Origin: Rhizophagus irregularis
Lineage: Eukaryota
Direction of reading: 5' to 3'
NCBI RefSeq assembly: GCF_026210795.1
Contig: NC_089434.1
Coordinates: 1,736,001-1,800,000 of the forward strand
DNA: 64,000 nt
Positions 26,689 to 40,251 of the stretch are shown piece by piece (the first letter of the stretch is position 1; every line of letters starts with the position of its first letter). A program made the position numbers and the translations under genes. The notes beneath the pieces are model-generated. The model saw only the letters and a list, made by a program, of their open reading frames with translations. It searched no databases and was not told where the DNA came from.

Positions 26689-28966
26689 TTAAAATCCATC
26701 TAAAAATAGAATACATATAATAATATAAATAAGTAATTAAGATATCATTTATACAATATTAAGAAAATATTAAGAAACTAACCATCAGGAATCTCAAATT
26801 TATCTTGATCTTCTGAATGAAGGTTTGGATTATTATTTATTTCGTCATCATCTATAAAAGGACAAAAATATTTAATTTAAATATTGCAAAAATAAAATGA
26901 AAATTTATAGTAAAAAACATTACTTACCATTAACTGATCCTTTCATTTGTTGCATTGTTTCTTTCTTATGATCATTTTGAATGTCTAAATTTTTAAATAA
27001 ATAAGATTATAATAAATATTTTCTAATAAACGACTAAAATTTAAAATAGTATTACTTACCATTCTTTGAACTTATTTGTAAGCTTTTAAATACTTTAGAT
27101 AATCTTTTACTACCACCTAAAATTGAGATAAATTTTGTATCATTATCTCAAAAATTTGAATATATAAATAAATTACCTTTAATAATACTATTTATTCTTG
27201 ATGTTTTATTAATTCTCTGATCGTTTGAATTATTAAAATCTTCAACTAAAAAACGAAAATTTGATTAATAAATATTTCATCAAATGAAACAATCAATAAA
27301 TACCTACTATTATCAGGAATACTAAAATCATATGTTTTACTATGAAATGCTATTTAAAAAATAAGAAAAATAGGTTATAAATTATTTAATAGTTAATAAA
27401 ATAACAATAAAAAAGCTAACCTTCTTGTTCTTCTATAATGTATAATAATTTAAATTAAAAAAAATTAGTAACGTCATCATATCAAACAAAAAACTTAGCA
27501 AATAATACCTTCTGTTGCATTTTTTGGTTCGGGTAAATTTTCAAATTGATGAACTTTGCTCGTAAATAATCTGCTGCTTATATAATTTATGCTAGTTTTT
27601 ATTTCAAAATTATTCATTGCTTTTGATTGGAAAAATTCATCTGGCATATTTTGATATGATAGATGAATTTCTCTTATTTTTTCCTGAAGAGATTTAATAT
27701 CAGGTCTTTTTAATGGATCAGCATCCCAACATTGTACCATTAAATTTTTATATTCTAAAGGAATATCTGACATAATTTCTGGTCTCATACCATTAATTAT
27801 ATCCATTGCAAGGTTATAATCATCATGCTTATAATCAATAAATGGCGAATATCCAGATGAAATTTCCCACATAAGTATTGCAATACTATAAATATCAGAT
27901 GCAAAAGTAAATCCTTTTCCATTAATAACTTCTGGTGCTATGTAAGGAAGATTTCCATATATACTTTCCGATGATTTATCAGCAGGTCCACAAAATCCAA
28001 GATCACCAATAAACCATCTATCATTATGTTGTGAATATAATATGTTTCCGGAGTGCAAATCTCTATGAATTGCTTTTTCAAGTTGAATAAAATAAAGTGC
28101 ATCAATTATTTCAAAAGCAATTCTAATTTTTTCTTTCCATGTAAGTAGATTATAATATTGTTGTAAATATTTTCTTAAATCCATATCCAATTTCATCATT
28201 ACAAGCATGTAATTTCCATTTGATAAATTTTGTGTTAAACCATAACATCGAACAATTTCTGCCCATTTATTATTTATAGTTAAATGTGAGTTAGCCTAAA
28301 TGATACATGCCATTGTTAATATAAAAAACTTTAAATCTCATAAAAAAATTTAAAATATAATCATATTGTGTATACCTCTTCAAACCAACTTTGATTTGCA
28401 TTTTCAACATTTTCTAATTTTTTAAGTACTACCTTTTCATCTCCAAATCTTTCTAATTGCTGTTCACTAAAATTCCATTTTATATAACTTCCACCAATCC
28501 AACTTGCTGTATAAATTTCAGAAAATCCACCTTTTGTTAGATATTCAATATTTTTTAAATTATTATATGGAATCCATTCAGCTACCGTATCTGGCACAAG
28601 TGTTTCTAATTGACATTTCTGTATTAAATTATCAATATCATTATTTCCGGATGTCCAATTTTTAAAATTTGCTTTTAAATAATTTCGAACACAATATTCA
28701 CAATATGATGTAGCTAAACATTCTTGATTACAATTTTCACAAATTCTTTTTGTTCCTGAATTAGAAAGAACTTTATTTCGGTCATAAGTCTCAGTTATGT
28801 AATTTATCGCTTCAGTTTTTTCATCATCTGTAAGAAGTTTATCATCAAGAATAATTTGTTTTTGAAATTCATATTGTTTGTGCATGTCAGTGTGAATATT
28901 ATAATCAATTAACGAATATGCTCTCTGAACTGTCGCATAAACTAATTCATATCGGATAGTAGACAT
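26689..28966 (-). CDS. TKL-like protein kinase, copy K3 (multi-exon)
   Basis: ORFs 28361-28966 and 27495-28208 carry the kinase motifs HRDLHSGN/DLG/APE. Micro-exon AAGAACAAGAAG is present; the last exon is D-G-F-stop after a tttttag acceptor at 26700. Confidence 0.9.
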
Positions 28967-31239
28967 AATGCAATTTTTATTATAAAGGTTTAAAATGAAA
29001 ACTTTTTTTTATTTTATTATTAAAATAAAAATAAATTGTAAAAATGAAATTTTTTTTTTCAAAAAAAAATTAAAATTCAAAATTCCGAAACAAAGAATTT
29101 TGGAATGATCTGAAATGTTATGTAACAATTACACAAACAAGTTTAAAATAGACATCATAAACTATTTTTAAACATGTTTATCGCTATAATAAATTTTACA
29201 TTTTCTATAAATAAATACTGTAACTAAAAATAAAAATACATCTAAGTGTAAAGTTATAAAATAATTTCTTTTAATTTGACGAAAGAATTAAAAGAATGAA
29301 AATAGTAGTGATTATATTATCGTTACTTCGTGGCTATGATTTTTTTTGCAAACTGAAAATTTTCTTGTAAAATCAGTGAACCAAAAAAAAGTATATATTA
29401 TGTAAAAAGAATAACTCAATTCTATATATTATAAAATTTTCCTATAATACTAACAAATTTATCAATAAAATAAATAAAAAATTTTGAACAGTGTCTCAAT
29501 TTATAAAATTCATAAAATTATAATTATTAAATAGTATTTATTTTTGGTTTCAAATTTTCACAGCAAAAACCTATAAGAAAATAAACAACATGTTAGAAAA
29601 AACGTTCTTTTATAAAGTTATCAAAAGTCAAGTTCATAGTTCAAATTTCTATAATATTGTCTTGCAAGTTGATAATGCACCTCTTAATACTTTTCCGCCA
29701 AAAACTAGATCGAATCAATATAAACGTAGGAACATACACATAATATTCGTACAATAGAAGTAATTATACAGTAAATGTAAATTATTTTATGCACTTTTAC
29801 GATGATATAAATATTCTCATCTATAAGCATTTGATCTAAAAAATATATCTTAAACGAGAAGTTAAACATCAACATCTCACTTTCGGTAGTAACATTTTTA
29901 AGCTTGTTTTTATCATTGTAAGCGATGTCAACCTTTCAAAGGTACGGTTCCTATGATTAACTTTATCACTTATCTCTCGATAGATAAGAAACTTGAGATC
30001 TCCAATTTTATCACAATCGATTTAACGTCACTAATAAGGTTATTATTACAAACGTTAACCGAGAAAGTATCACTAAAAAGAAATCTTTCCTAGGAATGAT
30101 ACAACCATTTCGGAGATAATTCTATGAAGTGATAATAAAATGAATTTTGAAAGTTTGAAGGTATATATATACTTGCAAAAATCTTTCCGGATTCATCATG
30201 ACTAATAATAAAATAGACTCTTGTTCAGTGGATTATAATGAATAAATAATAAGTAAAAAAATTAATTTATTAGTTAAAAATTTATGCGAAAGAAATGTTT
30301 AATATGATTTACATGAAAAATTCTCATGAGTATTTATCATGAGTATTTATCATGAGTATTTGTTGAATTATTGTTATGAAATTTTTCGGTCATACGATAG
30401 CCCGCATTTGAGTGCGGAAAATGTGACTTTGTTACAAACCTAATTTCAGAATTTTTCATGGAAATGAGTCATGAGCCAAAAGAGACGAATCTTGATAATT
30501 CGCAAAATAAAAATGCCATATATCACAGCCGGCTTATCTCATATTAGAATGTCTGAATGTACGATAGAGAATTCAGAGATCTGTTGGTCATCATTTGCCA
30601 TTGATCAAGGACCGCTTCAAATAGAAAAGACTTCATTTTTATTGAAATTTAAAACTACCAATTTATACACGCCGTATTACCCTTAAATAATCCGTCCAGA
30701 TTTTATTTACATAATTACTTTTTTTATTAATAAATTTATTAAAACGTCATGTGAAATTAAATTATGTCCTGGTAAATAACGACCAGTCACGTGACATAGA
30801 AAATTCCTAACTATTCTTTTAAAATATATTAACTAGTTTGGGTTTGAAAAGGAGGACCAAAAATAAGAAAAAAAAATATTTTCTGGTTTTGAAAAAAAAA
30901 ACTGAATAAAAAAAAATAATAAAAAAAAGGTAAGCGGCAACACGATATACTGCGGCTGATCGCATCACCCAGGGGAATAAACTACCGTAGTATCATAACA
31001 AAAAAAAAATCTGATCAAGCTTTCCTGAATTAGCCACAAAAATCTTCACGAGTCAACCAACTGAAATAGATCAGACGCAGATATCGCAGATATATCGTTA
31101 TTTAGGCCATCTATTAGTCATGACCATGAAAAATTACTCATATTGTCATATTGTCAAACAATTGTATTATGCAAGATACTATATATCTTATTATTAGTCA
31201 CTGTGTATTCGAAAAAGTATTTATATACCCTCAATACCC

Positions 31240-32470
31240 CTCTTTTTTTTCATCATCTTTTTTTTTCGTCAACAATATTATATATACACAATATATACTT
31301 TCATCATCTTTTTTTTCGAGGTCTATCTTCTCTCTATCTGCCTAGGCTTCTCTTTATTAGTCTTCTATCTCTTAGGCCCTTTTCTTTACATCTTCCTTTA
31401 GAGTGTGGGGGGAAGTGTGGTTGAGTTTGTGTGTGGTTTTATCATATTTATTTTCATCTTTATTCTTATTAGGTTTTCTTAGACCCTTTTTTTTCATTTC
31501 GTCATCCTTTTTTTTCGTTTCGTCATCTTTTTTTTCGCTTCGTCATCTTTTTTCTTTCGTTTCATCAACTTTTTTTTCGTCAACTTTTTTTTCATCTTTT
31601 TTTTTAGGTCTATCTTCTCTCTGTCTAGGTCTTCTCTTTATTAGGTCTTCTTTTGGCCTCTCTCTCTTAGGTATGTGGGTTGGGAGTGTGGGAGCGTGTG
31701 GGAGTGCGGGTTGGGAGTGTGGGAGTGTGAGAGTGTGGGTTTGCGTGTGGGTTGGTGTTTCATTTTATTTTTTTCGTCATCTTTTTTTTAGGTTTAGCTT
31801 CTCTCTGTCTATCTTCTTTTAGGCCCTTTTTCTTTACATCTCTCTTTAGGTATGTGGGTTGGGAGTGTGGGAGTGTGGGAGTGTGGGCGTGGTGGTGTTG
31901 GAGTGTGGGTTGGGAGTGTGAGTGGGTGTGGGAGTGTGGGTTGGGAGTGTGGGAGTGTGGGTTGGAAGTGTGGGAGTGTGGGTTGGGAGTGCGGGTTGGG
32001 AGTGGGAGTGTGGGCGTGTGGGAGTGTGGGAATATGTGGGTTTGTGGTTGGGAGTGTGGGAGTGTGGGAGTGTGGGTTTATGTGTGGGTTTGTGTATGTG
32101 GTGTTTCATTTTATTTTTTTTTCGTCATCTTTTTTTAGGTTTATCTTCTCTCTATCTAGGACTTCTCTTTATTAAATATTCTTTTAGGCCCTTTTCTTTA
32201 TGTCTCTTTTAGGTATGTGGATTGGGAGTGCGGGTTTGGATGGGTTGGGAGTGTGGAGTGTGGGAGTGTGGGCGTGTGGGCGTGTGGGCGTGTGGGTTGG
32301 GAGTGTGGGAGTGTGGGAGTGTGGATGTGTGGGTGTGGGAGTGCGGGTTGGGAGTGTGGGAGTGTGGTATTTTAACTTATTTTTTTTCGTCTTCTTTTTT
32401 TTAGGTCTATCTTCTCTCTCTGTCTAGGTCTGCTCTTTATTAGGTCTTTTTCTTTTAAGCCCCTTTCTTT
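31240..32470 (+). repeat. Composite array of alternating pyrimidine-rich units and (GTGTGGGA/GGGTTGGGA)n blocks
   Basis: Unit TTTTCGTCATCTTTTTTTAGGTCTATCTTCTCTCTGTCTAGG...TAGGTATGTGGG recurs about 5 times; G-rich blocks at ~31400, 31670, 31850 and 32212. Confidence 0.9.
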
Positions 32471-32949
32471 ACGTCTTATTACGTTCCACAAGATAAGCAT
32501 AAATCGATTTATAATATTTTTTCTTTTTTGAACATATATTCTGACAGTATTTTTTAGTTTATAAACACATATAATTAATTTTATTAATGTTTAAATATTT
32601 GATTATATGAATTTTGAAAAATAACAATATGTTTTAATACTTTAAATTTTTAATTGAACTATTTATTAATAAATCATGCAGAATATAAATGATGTAAAAA
32701 AGTTATTTAAATGAAATTTTACAAACTGGTCCAGTAATAATAAACAAATTGATAGATTAATTCAAGAAATGCAATTAAAAATTAGTTTATCATAAAGATA
32801 TACAATTAAATGAATCCAATGGCTTTAAAATGTTTAAATGATTTCCAGTATTTTCTAAATGATGTAAATATTTAACTATTTGAACACTTTTTTTAAATAT
32901 TATAATTAACTGGTTTCTTTCTTTAGGTTAAAACATATTCAATTGATAA

Positions 32950-33712
32950 TTATCCCTTAAACTGTAAGCAATTGCGGGCAAATTTGCCCGCAATTTTACC
33001 AAATTTCAGCTCTCATCTAATTTTATGAAAAATAAAGCAATTTTAATAAAATTTTTTTCCAAGATAGTTTAAATTATATATTGTGCAGCAATTATTATCA
33101 TTTATTAATTATATATTAGAAAATCGAAAATTACCCATTGGTCAAAAGTTGTATTTTAAGATAATCACAAAATTTTAAAAAACTTTGCACTTAACTTCGA
33201 CGATTTCATTGATAATTAATTGTAGCTATATAAAAGCTTAATAGAATATGTAGAATTTGGTATGAGAAACGACTTTTGTTAATATGATTTTTGATATTTA
33301 AAAGTAGGATTTTGACTTTATATAGAACCTTAATGAAAATTTTATTATGCATTTTAATTATATATTCATAATAATTGATTTTTTTTTATCTCTATTTTGT
33401 TTATTATAATGCAAAATTTTTATAATAAAAATAAAAAGTTATAATAAATATTCAAATAGAGAAAAAATATGGTAAGAAAAGTTTAAATTTTATTATATAA
33501 AAATTCCGATACTATTTTTGCGGGTTAATTTCTAATCCAATTTTAATGATCAACTGTATATCTAACTCATACAATTTATGGCCAGAATGTAGATCAATTT
33601 GGCTGCAAAATTATGTGACGATCTGGCCAAAATTAAAGAATTTTTTATAGCGTCATTTATTCTAATTTAGAAATTGCGGGCAAATTTGCCCGCAAAACAG
33701 TTTAAGGGATAA
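32950..33712. mobile_element. ~760-bp non-autonomous TIR element with subterminal GC palindromes
   Basis: TIRs TTATCCCTTAAACTG / CAGTTTAAGGGATAA; palindrome TTGCGGGCAAATTTGCCCGCAA just inside both ends; TAA on both flanks (boundary ambiguous by 1-4 nt). Confidence 0.85.
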
Positions 33713-34117
33713 TAACTTTGATAATTTCTGATGGAATTCTAAAAATATATGGTATATCAGGACTCTGAGCAAATATATACTGTATAAGGTGTCAAAAAAT
33801 TTTATAATAGCTAGCTCTACGCAAGGTTTTTATTAAGATAAATAAGCAAATACAACGTGTGGCTTCACGAATTTCCAAAAAACAAACAATCAAATCATAA
33901 CCTTATAAAAATTTTTTAGTATGAAAAAATCACAATAATAAAATATGTTGATAATTTCCAATTATTGTCATTTTATTTTTCATTTTATCAATTACCTCGC
34001 GATATACAATTTAACATTTCATCATTTTTTTAATAATGTCATCCCAACCAAAATATTCATCATATTTCTTTTCATTCCCTAGCTTTAGTATATTACCATC
34101 AATTAAAACTTTTGTTT

Positions 34118-34233
34118 CTGAAAGAAATTCATCAAAAACGGATTGTTCATCGTGATTTTCATCCAGGAAATATATTATTATTTAAGGATACTTATCATTT
34201 GGCTACTTCAAATCATATTTCAGATATGGGATG
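34118..34233 (+). pseudogene. Isolated kinase catalytic-loop fragment (different subfamily from K1-K6)
   Basis: Translates LKEIHQKRIVHRDFHPGNILLFKDTYHLATSNHISDMG; no N-lobe or C-lobe adjacent. Confidence 0.75.
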
Positions 34234-37200
34234 GAAAACCTTTCAAAGTACATAATACTTGATTGCTTAGACTGAGGTAAAATACGAAATAGAAGATGAA
34301 GTTCATGCAGGCAATTTATTTTCTTTTTTCTTAATTCTATTAATTGCTTTGTTTCTTTGTTAAAATAATTATCTATTAATATAGTTATTAAACTAAAAAA
34401 TACAATATTCTAAATTACTTTTATTGATAGTTTTGTTTTTTGATTAACTGGTAAGTAAAAATTATGATAGTGGGTCAAAAGAATTATTCTGAAAAGAAAT
34501 TAGACATTTCAATAGTGTATTCATAATTATTGACCTAATTATTTAAGTTATATACAATAGGTTTCATATGATGCCCATGTTTCTAGTCAATTAAAATATT
34601 TTATTTTAGTTTTATTTCTTGTTTAATATCTTTAATATATTTTAAAATAAATAAAAAATACGGAAAATCTTATTATTTAAAAGTGATTTTTTTTAAAAGA
34701 AATTTAAATGTTCAAATCATTATTTTTCTAGATGTTATACAATAAAATTATGTATTTATAAATAATTAATTTTTTTAAAAATTTAGATTTTATTTCATTC
34801 TTTAATTGTAAAACAATTATAAATCATGAAACAATTAAAACATGAAAATGAAAATATTGTAATAATGTTCATCAGGAAGCATTGCTTGGAATAATGATCA
34901 TAGTTTTGCAAAAATTACATAATTTTTCATAGTGTGAAGCAGTATTTTAATTATTTCCAATAATATAAATATTTAAAATTAACTTAAATTTACATTATAG
35001 TCAAAATCTTATTATGCTCGCGCAAGATCTTTTATTTTATTACGCTCGCACAAAATCTTTTTTAGTTAAAATAAGAAGGAATGGTATAATAATATGAATG
35101 TGATCTTTGAAGGTTTATAAAACTTATAATTTACAGGTTTCATTATATTGTCTACAAGCTCTTAGTGGCACCCTCAGTAAAATTACCCGATAATGCAGCT
35201 TCGATGGTTTCTTGTGGTCCAAAAATTCAGATAATCTAGAAATGTGCAATCTAAAAGCACTTTTTTTATCATTGGCAATAATTGTGCTGAGTGTACTACA
35301 AATGTTAACCTGGAAAACATAATTAGATTCATATTTCTGTAAAGTATAATTCAATCATTTTCGCGTATTTCCCTTCTTTAATAACAATTTTTAAAACAAT
35401 ATTAAAGTTTTTTGTTACATCTTTATTAAACAATTTAAACATTTTATTTTTTAGTAATATCTACATCTTAAAAATTATATATTAATAACTTAACTTCAGT
35501 AGTGATTTTTTTTTTAAAAAAAGAGCTGTGACGCCATTATCTCCAAGTTTCCAACTCAACGGGTCGGGACTGACCCAAAACTTTGATTTTTACGATCCAT
35601 TATACGCAATATGACGCTAATATTATGAATAAAATTTTTACGTGATATTCAATACAAAATGGTGCTAAAAATCCAAAAATATGTAAAATATTGCTTGCTC
35701 TTGGCCAGTTATAAACTTACAACTGTTACTCCCGAACACCACGTAGAGGTGGCAAGCTTCGTTCAGGGAAAAAAAGAAACCACTTACCTGTATTCTTATA
35801 CAACCAGTTTATAATTAATAGGATTAAAAAAAAAAATAATAATATTTGGGTCATTAAGAACAAAAATTGAGCAGAGACGTTCGGACATATAGATATATAA
35901 TATAATAACATTCACAACTTAACAAATTCTATATGTAAACTGTGTTTTTTTAGTTATGTTCTGGCCCTAGATACTACTACTTATGCACATATGCATTAAA
36001 AACAAGAAAGAAAATTATAAAATTATTTATGTAAAAATCAAAACAAATAAAACAAATAATGCACATGTGCATCAGAACAAGAAAGAAAATTATTTTTGTA
36101 AAATCAAAAATAAGCTTTCTCATTCCCCCATCAAATTATTTGGTTTACATATATACACAATACGTACTATGTACATACATACATAAAATACGTACGTATA
36201 TATACGTAATGTGGGAAAGTCGATCGAGCATTAAACACAGGTTTCTCTACTCAATTTTATTGAAAAATTTTGTTTAAAGTATGGCTTTAACTTTTTAAAG
36301 ATTTTAACGTGGAGTTGGTCGTACCTATGGTTTAAAATGAGGTGTGGAGTTGGTTGTACCTTACCTATTACCATACTTAACAAGAAAAAAAAATAAAAGA
36401 AAAAGAAAAGCGAGAAGGAATAACTAAGAAAGGAGAGAGGGGTTAAAGAGAATAAGAGAAAAAAGTGGCTATTTTATATATTAACCATGAGTCATGTTAT
36501 AAACACGTGTACATCACGTCCATCATGTGTTGAATCACCGATTTTTTATTATCATTTTCAAAATAATCAACTCAATTTATACTACAATAATTTTTTTATT
36601 ATCTATTAAAACAATTATGCTCTTTGACTAGCAAATCATTATTAGGTGTATTTGAGGTCTTCCAAATGCGAAAATTCTATTTTTTAAGGCAATAAATTTA
36701 TCTTTGAGTAACTGACTGTTATGCTGAAAATATTTATGAACGGTTCTCTCTTTGGAAAACTGATGATTATCATCAACGTGAGAAATAAACTTATCACGTA
36801 TCTTATTGGAGGACCTAAACTGTTTTGGGAATTCGATGGTATTCGGATCCAGTCATAAAAGTACAATGTATCACCATAGTTATCACATCCTGAGGCGGGG
36901 CACAGCTGAGAATGGAAATTGGATAATAATTTATTGTTTTGTAAAGCTGTAAAATAAGCCTTTTGGGTGTAGAAGTATAATTTGTAAACATAAAGACGGT
37001 GAGAAAAAGCTTTTGCAAGTAGAAGGACGTAAAAGGGCTAGTAAAACAAGTTGAGGGTTGTTCCTAAATTTTCAAAAACTCGTAAATGACGAAAATATAA
37101 CTACAAGAATAAAAAAAAAAGTGTAAACAAAAATTACGAGAAAGAGTTATCATCCCTTCTATTTTTTTTTACAACTTAAATATTTTTAAATCATGTTATA

Positions 37201-38297
37201 CAATATAAGTTGCAAAGAACATAAAGCCTAAGAATATATATTTTGTTGGTCGTTTCACTAGATTAAACTATATTATCTCAATCTAATTATAGATTCGGAA
37301 AGAAATAGTTGACAATAATGTTTGGTTTCTTTTCCCTTTTTTCTTTCCTTTTCATAGCAAGAATATTTTTCTTAAATTTTTTTTCAATGAAGTACAGTAT
37401 TGATGAGGGTACAAATAATTTATTGATGGTTTAGCGCAAGCCAACATTATTAACAATTAGTATGTAACAATGTATATATAAAGTAAATATTATTTATATA
37501 GCTAAAATAGGTACAAATGAACAGTCCGAAAACCTGAAAAACGTTAACTGGTTAAGAACCAGTTAAATAAACAATAGTGAAAATTATGAATTTATGAAAA
37601 TATTAATATCTTCCAATATTATTGAATATTGTTCATCGTAAGTGAAATTAGAACCTACTGTAATTTTGATATCAGGATAACAAATGTAAACTCACAAAAC
37701 TCTTACGAGCATAAAAAAGGCCAGTAACTTTATGCTCCGCAAACTGAAATGCATCCCAAAAATTTTTGATTAGAATATCTAACGTATTACTAAGAAAACG
37801 GGAATAATTATAAGTCTGTCGCATTATTTAAAATTCTTTTATAAATATAAAAAAAATCATTTTATAAAAAATTCTAAAAAATTGTCTAACAAAAAAAAAA
37901 ATTACAGTCAAAAAGGATAATCCATGGTTCGAAAATAATATGAAAATTAATCTTTTTTTTTCTGAATGATAGAATTTAAATATTCTGTTTAAATATCCTG
38001 TTGTTTTATTATGGGATATTATAATATCCTAAGGACATTCCAAATTTAAAAGGGAGAGATCAAACTAAAAGCTAAGTTGATAATCATATTACATTGAAAT
38101 AATATATCTTTATCATAATGTGATATGTATTATTTTCGATTATCGACCAAAACAGATTGCCCGAGTCACGTGATTTTATCGCAATTGTGTTACATTCTTA
38201 ATTAGTTCATTGTACTACTTTCTTTTTTCCACTGCAAAAAGACTGCAATAAATGTACCAAAAATTTTAACCTAAATAAATCATTTTTACACCTAATA

Positions 38298-38750
38298 ATG
38301 AAAAAAATATACTCAACATCCATTTCCAAGTTTTACTATACTAACAGGAGGGAAGTCTGAGTACTGCTGGAAGCGCTAAACAACCATCGGATATCAGGAA
38401 GTGCAGGGGCTACTCCATCAACTCAATCAGAGGGAAGTGCACCGTCAACTCAAAGAGAACGTTTCGCCGTTGGAGATGTATTACCTAAATTTAAAGATTG
38501 GGCGATGCAAACAAATAATTTCCTTCTTTTGGGTAATAGAATCATCAGTCACGCGGAGCAAAACAAGATTTTGCAGGAATATACGAAGCTCAATGATTTC
38601 ACAAATAAACTAAAGGAGGAGCACCGATGGACAGATGAAAAAGAGACTGGAGAGAAATGGCCAAAACCAGCTTCACCATTAGCTGTTGAGATTACAAGGA
38701 AGAAAGAAGATGATGAGAAGGATGGGAAGAAGAAGCAACGTGAAGATTAA
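38298..38750 (+). pseudogene. Small coding-like region of unknown function
   Basis: Single frame from ATG 38298 to TAA 38750 with one TGA at 38358; TACTAACAG branch/acceptor-like motif at ~38339-38347; bracketed by GTCACGTGAT at 38165 and 38794. Confidence 0.4.
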
Positions 38751-39444
38751 GAAGGGCACGACCAACAAGAGAAAATTACATTTGTTAATCGAAGTCACGT
38801 GATTTCACGTAAAAAATATTACCGATAATAAATTTTAGAATAAATGTAATTTAATAGTTTAGTTTATTAACTTTAAAAGATTGAATAATTGTTTACTGGG
38901 CGTGGGGCCGTTGGGACTCATCTATTTTTATAGCGCTAAGCTTCAGTATTTATTATAAATTTTCACTCATTTTGTTTTTCTTTTTTCAAGGATTAGGAAC
39001 GGGTTTGATTTTCTTTTATATTTATTATATTTTTTTTTTGTTTTGTTCTTCATTAAGATAGATATACTCTTGTTATAGAGGCGTTTCGGTTTTGCACGGG
39101 CGTTTCTAGGTATCTATATTTTATGGATGCAATTTTATCCTAATAAAAGATACGTTACAAGTTTTAATAAAAAAAAAACAAAATACGTCATGATTAGGTA
39201 ATTAAAAGCCATAATATAACCATACGTATTGATACTGTTGAGTAATTGATTTAATTGATTGCAGATATTGATATCATTTATACTTTTTCTATGATCATTG
39301 TACAACAAAAAAATAATATTTATACAGTTCTTTTCTTTTTTTTAATACATATCTCTCCTCCATCTCTTTCATTCCTCCTTCAAACACAACTAAATACTTT
39401 TTTTATAAATACTTTCTTTTCAAATGAATATCTAACAAATACCT

Positions 39445-39808
39445 TTTTTCACACGCAAATAAATACCTTCTTTTTTCACGCGTAAGTACAAAAGAAATAC
39501 CTTTTTTTCACGCGCAAGTAAATATCTTTTTTTTCACGCGCAAGTAAATATCTTTTTTTTCACGCGCAAGTAAATATCTTTTTTTTCACGCGTAAGTAAA
39601 TATCTTTTTTTCACGCGCAAGAGAAATACCTTTTTTCACGCGCAAGTAAATATCTTTTTTTTCACGCGCAAGTAAATACCTTTTTTTCACGCGCAAGTAA
39701 TTTTTTCCACGCGCAAGTAATTTCTTTTCACGCGCAAGTAATTTCTTTTCACGCGCAAGTAATTTCTTTTCACGCGCAAGTAATTTCTTTTCACGCGCAA
39801 GTAAATAC
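39445..39808 (+). repeat. Tandem array of TTTTCACGCGCAAGTAA (14 copies plus 1 degenerate; ~26-bp then ~21-bp period)
   Basis: CACGCG cores counted at 39477, 39509, 39535, 39561, 39587, 39612, 39637, 39663, 39688, 39708, 39729, 39750, 39771, 39792. Confidence 0.95.
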
Positions 39809-40251
39809 TAACTACTAAGACGGAAAAAAAAGATATATCAACATCAAGAACTGTATTTACTGCCTTTGGACAACATATGGGTAATGTCTTTCATTAGCTA
39901 TTAAAACTTGTTTGTAAGTGAAAAACCATTCTAACTACTCCTGTCAGTTTAGACGTTTTGTGGTTCTTGCCAAATTTAGTACCTACTGTATTTACGATAC
40001 TGCAATTTTATTACTGTTATCATTCTTCCTTTGGTTATGCATCGCGAATATTCACTTGTTTTCACTTCTCAATAGAGCTTGTATAGGAAGTAATGAATAC
40101 TAAAAATACCGCTGAACTTACCGCTCTGGAAAACTCTTCTCTTGAAGCCTCTATTCACGCTCCAGCTTCTGGTTCCGTTTCTTCTACTACTAGAGCTCCT
40201 TCAATAGTGGACAAGCTGACACTAAACGAAGCTAGGTCATATCATTAAGTG

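Noticed and set aside
31143..32427. Cluster of overlapping ORFs rich in V/G/W/C or H/T/P
   Set aside because: Translations of low-complexity repeats that lack stop codons; no domain content.
35725..35770. Hairpin CCCGAAC...GTTCAGGG considered as a hammerhead ribozyme
   Set aside because: No correctly placed CUGANGA and GAAA cores on either strand.
39445..39808. CRISPR-like appearance of the CACGCG array
   Set aside because: No unique spacers, no cas genes, eukaryotic context; it is a tandem minisatellite.
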